From: Acidobacteriota bacterium
GTDB lineage: Bacteria > Acidobacteriota > UBA6911
Direction of reading: 5' to 3'
Assembly (NCBI GenBank): GCA_963664705.1
Contig: OY761556.1
Coordinates: 4,128,001-4,192,000 of the forward strand
Length of the DNA stretch: 64,000 bases
Positions 19,783 through 30,355 of this stretch are shown here, one piece after another (within the stretch, counting starts at the first letter, position 1; each line of letters starts with the position of its first letter). The notes beneath the pieces are model-generated. The model was not told where the DNA came from. It saw nothing but the letters and a program-made list of their open reading frames with translations, and did not search any database. The position numbers and the translations under genes were made by a program.

Positions 19783-20802
19783 TTACTTCTTTACCGACTT
19801 CTGCAGCACATCAATGATCTGTTTGGAAGTTTCAATCTGATCCGCCTTCTTCCCGATCTTGAGGTAGGTTTCAAACGCTTTGATGGCTTCCGGCATGGTT
19901 TCGGTCTTGCCGGACAGGCACATACCCAACTGGTAATAGGCTTCGGCGAAACTCGGGTCCGCAGCAATGGCCTGCTTGAATGATTCCGCCGCTTCCGCGG
20001 TCTTGCCGTTGTTCACCTGGGTCGCGCCGATGTTATAGAAGTTCTGTGCCGAAGCTCCCGGATTCAGGGTGGCGGCCTTTTTAAACGCTTCCTGCGATTC
20101 GGCGTTCTTCCCCATTTTGCTCAACAGCACGCCCATGTTGGTATACAGAGCAGCGTCGTCGGGTTTGACCGTGATGGCCTTCTTGTATGTTTCGAGGGCA
20201 TCGTCATTCTTGTTCATCTTTGAATAGGAATCCGCCATGTTGCCAAGGATGTTGGATTGCTCCGGATCCTTTTCAAGAGCTTTCTTGAATTCGGCAATGG
20301 CTTCTTCGTGTTTTCCTTCCGCCGCGAGTTTCAAACCCGAATCGAATAAAGTCTGCACTTCCGCGGAAAACGATTTTCTCTTTTCGGCTTTTTCCGCTTC
20401 CTTCTGCAACTGTTCACGCTCCTGGTCGGTATACTCGAATGCGAGTTTGCCGTCGGCGCCAGGTTTCAGCGAAAAGTCCACATTGGTCGGAGCCTGAATT
20501 GTAGCGGACAAAGGCTGTTTGAAATCGGGGCTGAACCCGCTGGCACGAACAACAACGCGGTATTCACCGGCCGCGATCCCCATGTAAATCCAGGCGCCTT
20601 TTTTATCGGACTTGGTCGTATATACGCGGGATTTGGAATCCAGTGCCTGGATGGTGATCTGAGCGCCCACCACGGGCTGCCCTTTGTCATCCGTCACCTT
20701 GCCCTGGAAAATGCGGTTCTGCGCAACAGCAGGCAGAGTCATCGCAATCAACAAAAGCAGAGAAACACCTATCAACACAAAATGCCTGGACGAGATATGC
20801 AT
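19783..20802 (-). CDS. Secreted carboxypeptidase-regulatory-like domain + TPR protein
   Basis: Signal peptide; GKVTD.KGQPV.GA.ITI; multiple TPRs. Confidence 0.88.
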   Translation of the reverse strand: MHISSRHFVLIGVSLLLLIAMTLPAVAQNRIFQGKVTDDKGQPVVGAQITIQALDSKSRVYTTKSDKKGAWIYMGIAAGEYRVVVRASGFSPDFKQPLSATIQAPTNVDFSLKPGADGKLAFEYTDQEREQLQKEAEKAEKRKSFSAEVQTLFDSGLKLAAEGKHEEAIAEFKKALEKDPEQSNILGNMADSYSKMNKNDDALETYKKAITVKPDDAALYTNMGVLLSKMGKNAESQEAFKKAATLNPGASAQNFYNIGATQVNNGKTAEAAESFKQAIAADPSFAEAYYQLGMCLSGKTETMPEAIKAFETYLKIGKKADQIETSKQIIDVLQKSVKK

Positions 20803-20969
20803 GGAGCCTCCTTGCAGTTCTCACAAATAAGAATGCACAATTGCTAACCGAGCTATTTTATTGACGCAGCAACCACTTGTCAATAAACCTGCACATCGCC
20901 TTTGCGGTCTTTTTTGCGCCGCCGGCTCTGAGAGCTCCAAGTCCATGACAAGTTCGATAGGATAGATTC

Positions 20970-22916
20970 TCAATCCCTCAGGAAGTTGCAGATATTTTTT
21001 GAATCGTTCGTAACGGGAGCGGGAGGCAGGCTCCGAAGAAACATACGGCCGTAACTCTTGGTAAGGATACGCTTATCCAGGAGCGCAAGGATCCCGCGAT
21101 CCGTCTTGCTGCGGATGAGGCGTCCCATCCCCTGCTTCAGCAGAATCGTGGCGGTAGGAATCTGGTAATCATAAAAAGCATTCCCGCCTGATTCATTGAT
21201 CTGGGCAATACGGGCAGCCACGACCGGATCGCTGGGCACCGAAAACGGCAGTTTGTCGATGACGACACAGCTTAACTGATCTCCTTGCACATCAACTCCT
21301 TGCCAGAAACTGCTGGTGGCAAAAAGGACGGCGTTCGGAGTTCTCCGGAACAATTCAAGCAGCGCAGACTTGCTTTTTTCGCCCTGAATCAACAGTGGAA
21401 ACGGCAGCCTGTTCTTCAAGGACTGATAAACCTGTTCCATCTGGCTATAGCTGGTAAACAACAGGAACGCCCGCCCCCTGCTTGCTTCGAGGATGGTCTC
21501 GAGTTCCTTCGACGCCTGCCGCACCCATCCTTCCTCCCGCGGTTCCGGGATGTTCTTGGGGATATACAAAATCGATTGGCTGGCAAAATCGAAATGGGAA
21601 GGGACGATGAGTTCGTCCGCCTCGTCAATCCCCAGCCGGGATTTTGCAAACTGGAAATTGCCTCCGGTTGACAGGGTTGCCGATGTCAGGATGGCGGAAT
21701 CAACAAAAGAAAACAGCCGATCCTTCATGATTGCCGAAATATTGATGGGGGATGCCCACAAAAAGACTCCGCGGCCGCGAAGCTCGCACCAGAACACATG
21801 TTCCCGGGAGTCCGATTCCAGGATAGTTCCCAGATCATCTGCCAGTTCCCGGTAGCGGCGGCTCAGCGCATCGATGCTATCGCTCTGGACCGAGAGATTC
21901 TTCAGCGCGGTCCGAAGCACTTCCAGTTGCGTGCGCAGTCCGCTGTAAGCCTCGCTTAAAAGATCTCCGCCGTTCAATCCCCGTCGAACCGCCGATCCGG
22001 ACCCCAGCGGCTGAAGGACGTACCGTCCTTCCCTGCCATGAAATCGCCCGAAGAAATCCTTACCGCGCTCCTGCAGCCGGGCAATCTGCTCCGACAGGAA
22101 ACTGGACAAGGCACCGGTTTCATTCAACACGCGGTCGGTGTCTCTTGCCAGTTCTTCCACGCGGTAATTGCTGACCATGACTCCAAAATATTGTGTCGCG
22201 ACATCTTCAAGTTCATGCGCCTCATCAAAAACGATGATCGAATAGTCCGGGAGAACCGATCCAAAATCGCCCTGCCGCAGCGCCAGGTCCGCGAAGAAGA
22301 GATGATGATTCACAATGATGATATCGGATTGAAGGGCCTGCTGCCGGATTCGTGTGACGAAGCATGCATCGAAATTGCGGCATTTCTGCCCGGTACATAT
22401 TTCGCGGCGTGCATCAAGATGGTGCCACAGCAGAATATCTTCCGGCAATTCGGACAATTCCGCTCGATCCCCTGTATTGGTTTGCTGAGCCCATTTCCGG
22501 ATAAGCTTCAGGTATTCCGGATCGTGGGGTGAGAAAAGATACGCCCCGCCTTCAATTTCTTCCAGGCGGTTCCAGCAGAGATAGTTGCTGCGCCCCTTCA
22601 TATAGCAGACGGAGAGTTTACGGCCCAGCGCCTTTTCCAGGAAGGGGATATCCTTTAAAAAGAGCTGCTCCTGCAAATTCTTAGTGGCGGTAGAAATGAT
22701 TACTCTTTTGTTGGAGAAGATTGCAGGAACAAGGTAGGCCAGCGTCTTCCCGGTTCCTGTTCCCGCCTCGACGCATAAGTGGCGGCTTTCGTCGATCGAC
22801 CTCATGACGGCCTTTGCCATCTGGATTTGTCCAGGCCGATACTCGTAGAAAGGATGGCTCCCAGCAATCGGCCCCTCGGGACCCAGCATCTGTTCAAGCT
22901 CGTTGAGTGAATCCAT
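20970..22916 (-). CDS. DinG/YoaA-family ATP-dependent DNA helicase
   Basis: R.GQ Q-motif, EAGTGTGKT, KGRSNYLC, FeS cysteines, DEAH, SATL, FWQGVD, KLPF, QG.GRLIR. Confidence 0.95.
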   Translation of the reverse strand: MDSLNELEQMLGPEGPIAGSHPFYEYRPGQIQMAKAVMRSIDESRHLCVEAGTGTGKTLAYLVPAIFSNKRVIISTATKNLQEQLFLKDIPFLEKALGRKLSVCYMKGRSNYLCWNRLEEIEGGAYLFSPHDPEYLKLIRKWAQQTNTGDRAELSELPEDILLWHHLDARREICTGQKCRNFDACFVTRIRQQALQSDIIIVNHHLFFADLALRQGDFGSVLPDYSIIVFDEAHELEDVATQYFGVMVSNYRVEELARDTDRVLNETGALSSFLSEQIARLQERGKDFFGRFHGREGRYVLQPLGSGSAVRRGLNGGDLLSEAYSGLRTQLEVLRTALKNLSVQSDSIDALSRRYRELADDLGTILESDSREHVFWCELRGRGVFLWASPINISAIMKDRLFSFVDSAILTSATLSTGGNFQFAKSRLGIDEADELIVPSHFDFASQSILYIPKNIPEPREEGWVRQASKELETILEASRGRAFLLFTSYSQMEQVYQSLKNRLPFPLLIQGEKSKSALLELFRRTPNAVLFATSSFWQGVDVQGDQLSCVVIDKLPFSVPSDPVVAARIAQINESGGNAFYDYQIPTATILLKQGMGRLIRSKTDRGILALLDKRILTKSYGRMFLRSLPPAPVTNDSKNICNFLRD

Positions 22917-23069
22917 GACCTGAAGCCTCTCCAGTCTAGTCACGAATCCTCCGGCCTTCCCTGGGGCATTCGTGTCGAAAAAAACAGTTTAACCCAGAGT
23001 CCCTGTTCAAAAAGAAAAAACCTGCAACTGCCTCCGCATATCCTGTAGTATCCCAGATGGAGGACACCC

Positions 23070-23618
23070 ATGGAACTCAAGAACCCGGAAACCGCAATCC
23101 TGGACCACAAGGAGATCTACAAGGGAAAAATCGTCGGTCTGCATGTGGATACCATTCGTCAGGCATCCGGCGGAACCACAATCCGGGAGGTGGTGCTTCA
23201 TCCTGGAGGAGTGACCGCGGTTCCCGTGCTGGACGACGGCCGGATCATGCTGATCCGCCAGTTCCGGTATCCTATTGGTAAATTTATTCTTGAGTTGCCT
23301 GCGGGAAAGCTGGACAGCGGCCAGCCGCCCAGGGAAACCGTTGCCCGCGAGCTGGAAGAGGAAATCGGGTATACGGCGGGAACGCTGGAATACCAGACAA
23401 CTTTCTATACAACGCCAGGAATCTGCAACGAGGCCATCCATTTTTTTGTTGCCAAAAATCTTGTGCCCTGCGGGCAAAGACTCGAGGAGGGAGAGCACAT
23501 CACTGTTGAGGCATATTCGCCGAGCGAATGCCTGGATTTGATCCGGACCGGAGGAATATGTGATGCCAAGACGATTCTCGGTATCCTCTGGTATACGCAG
23601 GCTTTAAATAAGGTTTAG
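23070..23618 (+). CDS. NUDIX hydrolase (ADP-ribose pyrophosphatase-like)
   Basis: RQFRYP, ELPAGKLD…ARELEEEIG NUDIX box, DAKT. Confidence 0.92.
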   Translation: MELKNPETAILDHKEIYKGKIVGLHVDTIRQASGGTTIREVVLHPGGVTAVPVLDDGRIMLIRQFRYPIGKFILELPAGKLDSGQPPRETVARELEEEIGYTAGTLEYQTTFYTTPGICNEAIHFFVAKNLVPCGQRLEEGEHITVEAYSPSECLDLIRTGGICDAKTILGILWYTQALNKV

Positions 23619-23715
23619 TTGCCGGCGATTCATTATTTCTGCATTCTCCGCCTTTTATACCGCCTCTCCGTGTTTTTGGGTTAGGGATTTGCATCTGCTG
23701 TGGTATTATATCCAA

Positions 23716-24138
23716 ATGAGCAAAATTGCTGTTGGTTCCGACGTCGAAGCTTATTGCACTAAATGCAGAATGGTTCTGGCCCATGCTGTCGTGGCAATGG
23801 AGGGTGCCAAACCGCGCCGCGTTCGATGCAACACCTGCAACGGTGAACACAATTACAGAGCCACAAAGCCTGTCGCCAAAACCGCTTCCAAGAAAACCGA
23901 GAAGGGTGCGGCGAAAAAAACCACCACCAAGAAAACTCGGCAATCTTGGGAAGAGGTTATGCAGGAAGCTTCTGCAAAGCCTCACAAGAAATACAGCATG
24001 TCGGGCAGCTTTGGTGAAGGCGATTGGATCGAACACGCCACGTTTGGCCTGGGGTGCGTGCAAGTTTTTACCGCTCCGAACAAAATTACGGTTCGTTTTG
24101 CCGACTCCACCCGGATGCTGGTCTGCAACCAAGGCTAG
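23716..24138 (+). CDS. Hypothetical Zn-ribbon protein with Lys-rich linker and SH3/Tudor-like C-terminus
   Basis: CTKC…CNTC; C-terminal F.EGD.I.H..FG.G.V…ITVRF. Confidence 0.7.
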   Translation: MSKIAVGSDVEAYCTKCRMVLAHAVVAMEGAKPRRVRCNTCNGEHNYRATKPVAKTASKKTEKGAAKKTTTKKTRQSWEEVMQEASAKPHKKYSMSGSFGEGDWIEHATFGLGCVQVFTAPNKITVRFADSTRMLVCNQG

Positions 24139-25005
24139 GTGAAAACCGTAGCTTCCGTCTCCAGTTCCCTTTTCGATGCTCTGCTGCTCCTGGTCCCAGG
24201 AGCTTCCAGGAGAACTCTGCGCCAAATGCTGTCGCAGGGGCGCGTTAGCATCAACGGACAGCCCTGCAGCATTGGCACGCACGAAGTCCATCGGGGGGAC
24301 ACGCTGGAAATCGGGCCGCGTCGAGCCCCCGCAAAGCTCCCGGGCGGTCTTTCTATCCTCTTTGAAGACAACGACATCCTGATTATTTCGAAGCCGGTCG
24401 GCCTGCTGACAGTAGCCACGGAGGACGAACGGGAACAGACGGTCTACTTTTATCTGCGCCAGTATCTGCAGCAACGCGATAAGCGTCAACGGCTGTTCAT
24501 TGTGCATCGACTGGATAAATTCGCCAGCGGGATTCTTGTCTTCGCCAAATCCGAGCGAATCAAGTCGCTGCTCCAGGGCATCTTCATGCGGCACGACATT
24601 CAACGAAAATATTGGGCCATCGTGGAAGGCAGTGTTGAGAAAGGGCGCGGGACGATCCGCAGCCATCTGGTGGAAAACAAATCGCTGCGAATGCATTCCA
24701 CCGAGGACAGCGGCAAAGGGAAGCTGGCGATCACTCATTACCGGGTTCTGCGGCGTGCGGGCCGAGTTACGGCGCTGGAAGTGACGCTGGAAACCGGGCG
24801 CAAAAACCAGATTCGAGTGCATTTATCGGAAATGGGGCACCCGATTGTCGGCGACAAAGCCTACGGCAGCACCAAAGACCCGCTTGGCCGTCTTGGCCTG
24901 CATGCGTTCCTGTTGGGGTTCAAGCATCCCGTGACAGGGGAGAATCTGCTTTTTCGCACCGAGCCGCCGCGGGAATTTGCAAAATACCTGCCGGGTGAAG
25001 ACTGA
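24139..25005 (+). CDS. RluA-family pseudouridine synthase
   Basis: S4-like start, KPVGLL, VHRLD (catalytic Asp), LETGRKNQIRVH, HPIVGD, LHA. Confidence 0.95.
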   Translation: MKTVASVSSSLFDALLLLVPGASRRTLRQMLSQGRVSINGQPCSIGTHEVHRGDTLEIGPRRAPAKLPGGLSILFEDNDILIISKPVGLLTVATEDEREQTVYFYLRQYLQQRDKRQRLFIVHRLDKFASGILVFAKSERIKSLLQGIFMRHDIQRKYWAIVEGSVEKGRGTIRSHLVENKSLRMHSTEDSGKGKLAITHYRVLRRAGRVTALEVTLETGRKNQIRVHLSEMGHPIVGDKAYGSTKDPLGRLGLHAFLLGFKHPVTGENLLFRTEPPREFAKYLPGED

Positions 25006-25013
25006 GAGTTTAG

Positions 25014-25079
25014 GGATTGCGGATTGCAAATTCCAAACCAGGCGATTCAATTCGAAATCGCAAATCGGAAATCCGCGAT
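25014..25079. repeat. Degenerate inverted heptamer arrays at a convergent gene junction
   Basis: ggattgc ggattgc aaattcc … caattcg aaatcgc aaatcgg aaatccg; the second half encodes the HAD C-terminus [10 protein letters not shown]. Confidence 0.6.
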
Positions 25080-25706
25080 ACCTCCCAGGTCAGTGATTTT
25101 CTCGATGTGATAATCCGCGCCATGACTCCCAGGCTGTCCGCCCACCATCACAGTCCTGATCCCCAGCTTGCGGGCTCCCTCGATGTTGGCAGCGGAATCC
25201 TCAATTAAAAGACACTCCTCCGGTTGCGCCTGGATGAGCGCGAGGGCTTTGGTATAGGAACGCTGATCGGGTTTATTGAGAAATTCGAGCAGGTGAATAT
25301 CGATGATGGATTCGAAGTGCCGCATGATTCTGAGCCGGTGCAAAACGCGACGGGCATGTTTGGCATCGGCGTTAGTAAAAATGATTTTCCGGAGATTCAG
25401 TCGATCGAGCATGTGATCGAGCTCTCGATCATACTGAATATAACGGTCCAGCGGAATGTTGTGAACAAAGTCCAGGAAATCACTCGGATCAACGGGGTAA
25501 TACCGGCGCAGGGCATTCAGCGTGGTCCCAAAAGCCGCCAGGAGATCCTGCCTCATTTTGCCGACTTCCTGCGCATTCATGCCGAGGCGTTCGATCATGT
25601 AGAGGTTGATTCGATTGCCGATTTCCTCCCACAATCCGCAGGATTGCGGATACAAAGTATTGTCGAGATCAAATAGTACGAGCCGAATCTTTGCTTTCAA
25701 ATCCAT
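25047..25706 (-). CDS. Pyrimidine 5'-nucleotidase (HAD family)
   Basis: [25 protein letters not shown]. Confidence 0.9.
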   Translation of the reverse strand: MDLKAKIRLVLFDLDNTLYPQSCGLWEEIGNRINLYMIERLGMNAQEVGKMRQDLLAAFGTTLNALRRYYPVDPSDFLDFVHNIPLDRYIQYDRELDHMLDRLNLRKIIFTNADAKHARRVLHRLRIMRHFESIIDIHLLEFLNKPDQRSYTKALALIQAQPEECLLIEDSAANIEGARKLGIRTVMVGGQPGSHGADYHIEKITDLGGIADFRFAISN

Positions 25707-26445
25707 CCTCCGAATCGGCTTCGCCATGGAGCTTACCAACAGCCGACAGGATTGAATTGCGGATATTGGGAATCTCCCGCTCCAGATCGTTAATCAGCCG
25801 GCCAACGCGCTTGCGCTGCAGGTTTTCCTGCGATCCGCAAAGTCCGCAGGGAATAATCGGATAATTCTGAAGGGCGGCGAACCGCTCGATGTCCGACTCC
25901 CAGCAATAGGCCATGGGCCGGATAACGGTATTGCGGCCGTCTTCGCTGCGAAGATAGGGCGGCATGCCCCGCGGAGAACCTTCAAAAAAGACGTTGAGCA
26001 GGAAAGTCTGCATGATGTCATCAGCGTGATGACCGAGCGCAATCTTGCTGCATCCTTCTTCAACGGCGACGTTATACAGGATTCCCCGTCGCAGGCGCGA
26101 GCAAAGAGAGCAGTACGTTTCGCCCTGGGCCAGTGTTCGCTTGACGATGGAGTAGGTATCCTTGCGGACGATGCGATACGGGATCCGGTTGGCTTCGAGG
26201 TAGGCGGGGAGCACGGCGGCGTTGAAACCGGGCTGCATCTGATCGAGGTTGACGGCCAGGAGATCGAAGTGCACGGGCGCCCGGCGCTGCAGATCATGCA
26301 ACAGTGTGAGGAGCGTGAAGCTGTCCTTGCCGCCGCTTAGGCAGACCATGATCCGGTCGCCTTCGACGATCATTTTGAAGTCGGCAATAGCCTGCCCGAC
26401 GCTGCGCAGGAGTTTTCTTTTCAGGAGCTGTTCTTCACTTTTCAT
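25669..26445 (-). CDS. ttcA: tRNA 2-thiocytidine(32) synthetase
   Basis: PP-loop [42 protein letters not shown]. Confidence 0.95.
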   Translation of the reverse strand: MKSEEQLLKRKLLRSVGQAIADFKMIVEGDRIMVCLSGGKDSFTLLTLLHDLQRRAPVHFDLLAVNLDQMQPGFNAAVLPAYLEANRIPYRIVRKDTYSIVKRTLAQGETYCSLCSRLRRGILYNVAVEEGCSKIALGHHADDIMQTFLLNVFFEGSPRGMPPYLRSEDGRNTVIRPMAYCWESDIERFAALQNYPIIPCGLCGSQENLQRKRVGRLINDLEREIPNIRNSILSAVGKLHGEADSEDGFESKDSARTI

Positions 26446-26537
26446 CGCAACGGAAAATTGTATCGTGAAACCTGCAAAATCAGTGGTTGTTTTTGCTTTT
26501 TTTTGCCACGAATTCCACGAATGTTTATACTGCTGAT

Positions 26538-27281
26538 ATGAAACTGGATCGCGTTGTATTTCTGGGTTCCGGGGATGCATTTTCGGCGGGCGGGCAATTT
26601 CAGGCCGCGTATCTCATCGAATGCAGGGCGGAATCGATTCTGCTCGATTGCGGCCCGGGTGTTCTGACGTCGTTGAGCCGCCATAATCTGTCGCCTGCTC
26701 CGATCGGCACCATTCTTCTGACTCATTTTCACGGCGATCACTTTGGGGGCCTGCCATTTCTCTTTCTATATTACACGTATGTGGAGCCACGCACCGCGCC
26801 TCTGCGGATCGTTGGCCCTCCCCATGTGGAAGCGCGCGTGATGCAGTTATACCGGGCCATGTACGCCGACTCGGCGGAAGAAAGGCTTCCGTTTGAACTG
26901 CAGTTCATTGAGATCAGGCCGGGCAAAGCGCTGACAATGAACGGGCTGTGGATCCACTGCTTCCCGGTGCCGCATATGCAAAGCTCTCCATCGTATGGAT
27001 ATTCCATTCGATCGGCGGAGAAAAAGATCGTATTTTCCGGAGACAGTGGCTGGACCGAGGACCTGTTGAGCCATACCGAGGGTGCGGATTTATTCATCTG
27101 CGAGTGCAGCTTCTTCGAATCTCGTTTTGACATGCATCTCGATTATCCCCGCATTGCGGAGAACCTTGACCGATTCGGGGCCAAGCGGATGGTGTTGTCG
27201 CACTTGGGGCAAGAGGTGCTTCGCCGGCGAAACGAGATCGCGCTGGAGATCGCGCATGACGGACTGGTTATTGAGCTGTAA
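26538..27281 (+). CDS. MBL-fold metallo-hydrolase (RNase Z/BN-like)
   Basis: LGSGDAF, LLDCG, THFHGDH, SGD, LSH. Confidence 0.9.
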   Translation: MKLDRVVFLGSGDAFSAGGQFQAAYLIECRAESILLDCGPGVLTSLSRHNLSPAPIGTILLTHFHGDHFGGLPFLFLYYTYVEPRTAPLRIVGPPHVEARVMQLYRAMYADSAEERLPFELQFIEIRPGKALTMNGLWIHCFPVPHMQSSPSYGYSIRSAEKKIVFSGDSGWTEDLLSHTEGADLFICECSFFESRFDMHLDYPRIAENLDRFGAKRMVLSHLGQEVLRRRNEIALEIAHDGLVIEL

Positions 27282-27386
27282 AGGGCTAGGATAATTCAGC
27301 GACAAAAAAGCTATCCAGTCTTTACGGAATGCCCGGTCCGTGGTAATCTCTCCGGGCGTATTGCTTCAAGATTATCTGCAGGATAG

Positions 27387-27462
<76 letters not shown>

Positions 27463-27538
27463 TGAAAACAAAAGACTTACGGCAAATTAAACATCCCGCC
27501 AAAATCCAGAATAACAAATTTGGTTCCAATGCAAAAAC

Positions 27539-28877
27539 CTGGACACCCATGATTTGTTCGGAAAACCGAGCGAGGAGTTTCGGGAAAGATCCCGGTAGAA
27601 AAGCTCCGACTTTCGATGCGAGCTGTTGGAGAATACCATAAGAAGAATTGTGATGTTCTTCGTAGTTGATGAGCTATTCGAGAGTATTTTACGCGGGTAG
27701 GCAGGCGGACATTGGATTAATCCCGAAAATGCGCTGAGTCCAGAATACTCCGGACTATGCGAAAACGGATCGAGCGGTCGACAAGCCTTTGAACCAATGC
27801 CGGTTGAGCCGGTCCGCGAATTCACGCATGTGGGTCAGGCTGCCAGCGGCCAGCAGGAATGTGGAACCAAAATGAGATATGGTTTCCCTCCATTCCTTGG
27901 GAACAGCTCCGATGCGATTCAGGATCGGGGCAAGGCGGGCGTCGATGAACCCGGGCTTATCAGAGCGAATCACGCGTCCCGATCGGTCGACCAGATCAAA
28001 ATATTCGGCTGCGGATATGTCGAGGATGCCCCGTCGGCCGGGGGTGGACTGAATCGGAGCCAGCCAGCTGTCGGAAGCAGTTTCAAGTGGAGAATGATCG
28101 AAAGCCGGGTCCGAATCACTGGGTTGAGAGGCTGGTTGCTGGGACAAGGATTGGCGATGCCAGGCGCGGAGACGCTCCTGGATGCTGGCGAAGTCGCTGT
28201 CTTCGGGAGTAGAAGCAATACCGGCCCGGACCAGATTCAAATCAACATAGACCATGCAGGCTGTGATAGCGGGGCCATCCAGGAGTGCCTGGCATTTGAA
28301 GCGGGATTCCCAGAAGCGGCCCTTGACGATATCCTCCTTGTTGGCCTTGCGCGCGATGAATTCATTGAATTTGGACATGAACCAGCTCAAGCTGCCCAAC
28401 CGCTTGCGCAGAACAGCAATACGTTCCGGACAATCGATTAATGCCTGGATCTGTTTATCTAGAGAAGGAATGGGTTGTTTGCAGATGCGAGGTTTCCTGG
28501 GGCAGAGCTCAAGCCAGCGAGCGGCGACATCGGAATCAGACCAGGAGCGAAGAATGTCGGGTCGAGTGCGCAAGATGGAATGCACGTGGTTTTCCATGAT
28601 GGCGTAAGCGCATACGTCGATGGCGAAGATGCCGGCAAGATGTTTCAAACGATCGAGAATCCATTTTTTGCGATGGGAGAAGTCCCGGCCGCTAAGCGGG
28701 TCATATCCGCAAAGATAAGCTCTGCGGACGCATCGGCTGATGCAGTGATAAACACCTTCCTCCCCTTCGATGACATAGTTGTTTCTTGCCAATCCCATGG
28801 TTTGCCTCCTTGCATAGTTACTAATGGCGAACCATGGGAATTGAGCGAAGAAATATTCAAAAATAGTGGGTGTCCAG
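27539..28877 (-). mobile_element. HUH/Y1 (RAYT-like) element bounded by inverted 11-bp motifs
   Basis: CTGGACACCCA at 27539-27549 and TGGGTGTCCAG at 28867-28877 flank the transposase. Confidence 0.7.
27755..28798 (-). CDS. IS200-superfamily Y1 HUH transposase (long RAYT-like type)
   Basis: YHCISRCVRRAYLCG, HUH motif M.NHVH, GRFWE.RF, catalytic YVDLN.VRAG. Confidence 0.9.
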   Translation of the reverse strand: MGLARNNYVIEGEEGVYHCISRCVRRAYLCGYDPLSGRDFSHRKKWILDRLKHLAGIFAIDVCAYAIMENHVHSILRTRPDILRSWSDSDVAARWLELCPRKPRICKQPIPSLDKQIQALIDCPERIAVLRKRLGSLSWFMSKFNEFIARKANKEDIVKGRFWESRFKCQALLDGPAITACMVYVDLNLVRAGIASTPEDSDFASIQERLRAWHRQSLSQQPASQPSDSDPAFDHSPLETASDSWLAPIQSTPGRRGILDISAAEYFDLVDRSGRVIRSDKPGFIDARLAPILNRIGAVPKEWRETISHFGSTFLLAAGSLTHMREFADRLNRHWFKGLSTARSVFA

Positions 28878-28904
28878 TCTCTCAGTCTCTACTAATCGCT
28901 ATGG

Positions 28905-29317
28905 GAGGCCGGAGATCTTCAAACGGACGAAGGCAGCCAGCTTGCCAGCACTGACCTACACATGCTGAACGGCATCAGGGTCAGCATGGATGGCAAGGGC
29001 GCTGGCGCCAAAGTCTTTGCGGAGCGGCATTGGCAGACGATTAAGTATGGGCAGTTATGCCCTCATGATTACAGTTCAAGGGATGACGCAAAATGCATTT
29101 GAATGAGTATCGGGAGTTTTACAATACCATCCGGCCGCATCGGTCTCTTGACACCAGAACCCTAGATGCGGCTTATTCGAGGACGCCGGAGCAGAAAAGC
29201 CTGCGGCATAAACTGAAGCTAAGTGAGACGCCTTGTTTTCGCTCGGCGTCTCACTAATAACCTTGCGGATTACGCTTAATTCCTACAAAAGCTGTCCAAA
29301 CCACCGGAACCACCGTT
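28905..29317 (+). pseudogene. Decayed IS3-family OrfB C-terminus and right end
   Basis: Fragments EIF…GSQ…GIRVSMDGKG…ERHWQTIKY…FYNTIRPHRSL with frameshifts; end-like ctgtccaaaccaccggaaccaccg near 29292-29315. Confidence 0.8.
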
Positions 29318-29395
29318 TATTAGGTGATTCGGATGCACTCGATCGCGTGATACCTACCAATAAAACATCCTTTGGTAGAAGAGTCTGAATTTTAC

Positions 29396-30166
29396 CTAGC
29401 GTTTTTTACGATAAACGGCAACCGTAGTCATGCTAAGACCCAGAAGCAATAATGTCACGCTGGCGGGTTCTGGCACTTCCTTTGACGGTTCGGTGAACCC
29501 AGTTGCCATGGTGATCCAATCGCCTGGTTTAAACGAAGAGCCCGAGACCTGAAACGCAAAATAGCCGGCGGCGGCCCAATATGTAGGATCATACGTTTGA
29601 TGCTGGAAGCAGCCTAGGCTGTATGATGGGGCAAACCCATACAATAATCCGTTAGCTGTGGATACACCGGGATCATAGCATCCTGGTCCTGTTGCCATTC
29701 CTCCACTGGTGATAGCTGAAGCGGGAACATCCAGACCAATGATCGGATTCCAGGCAGCAGCGCCCTGATAATCTTCCACGTAGAGGCTCCCGCCCGCTTC
29801 CACATAAGCGTCTACTTCTGCACCGTGTGTGCCAAGAGCGGCATAGGGGTCCGAGCAACATGTCCCCGGTGAGGCGAAAAACAAGGCGCTGTAATCGCTC
29901 AGGGTTACGCCGTCAAGTGAAGTTACAAAAGCAACCGGCACTCCGCCTGTAGCGTAACCGGCATATGAGAAATCCTTGATTACCAGCACGGGTAATGTCG
30001 AGGTCCCCTGCAGCTGCTTGAAGACCGGGATAGTGTAGGCAGCAATATGATGGTAACTGGCAGCTTCCGATCCGGCTAGGAAAATTGTGCTAGCATAGAT
30101 GGAAGATGCTCCGCAGAGCAACAGTACTGCCATAAAGCAAACTGTAACTGAAGTTATCTTTCGCAT
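29396..30166 (-). CDS. PEP-CTERM sorting-domain secreted protein
   Basis: Signal peptide; C-terminus VPEPASVTLLLLGL…YRKKR. Confidence 0.92.
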   Translation of the reverse strand: MRKITSVTVCFMAVLLLCGASSIYASTIFLAGSEAASYHHIAAYTIPVFKQLQGTSTLPVLVIKDFSYAGYATGGVPVAFVTSLDGVTLSDYSALFFASPGTCCSDPYAALGTHGAEVDAYVEAGGSLYVEDYQGAAAWNPIIGLDVPASAITSGGMATGPGCYDPGVSTANGLLYGFAPSYSLGCFQHQTYDPTYWAAAGYFAFQVSGSSFKPGDWITMATGFTEPSKEVPEPASVTLLLLGLSMTTVAVYRKKR

Positions 30167-30287
30167 AGAATTTTGACGTCCTCCCAAAGTTTAACACCGG
30201 CCCGCGTCAATGGCGCGCCAGTGAGATCTTCCAAAAAGGCAGAACATCCTCCCCTTATTTGGATTTTTATTTTTCACGTAACTTCTA

Positions 30288-30303
30288 TGCAATAAATGAT
30301 CCA
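30288..30303 (-). promoter_or_regulatory. Putative sigma-54 promoter of the PEP-CTERM gene
   Basis: Minus strand TGGATCATTTATTGCA = GG-N10-GC, with an AT-rich (IHF-like) tract upstream of it. Confidence 0.65.
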
Positions 30304-30355
30304 GTTTTATATGTTGTTTATTTACTTATATTTATTCCCGAACATAAAATGGATC

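Noticed and set aside
27755-28798. IS200/IS605 element with TnpB/omega-RNA
   Set aside because: No tnpB or iscB ORF is adjacent, and the protein is the long RAYT-like type rather than a short TnpA.
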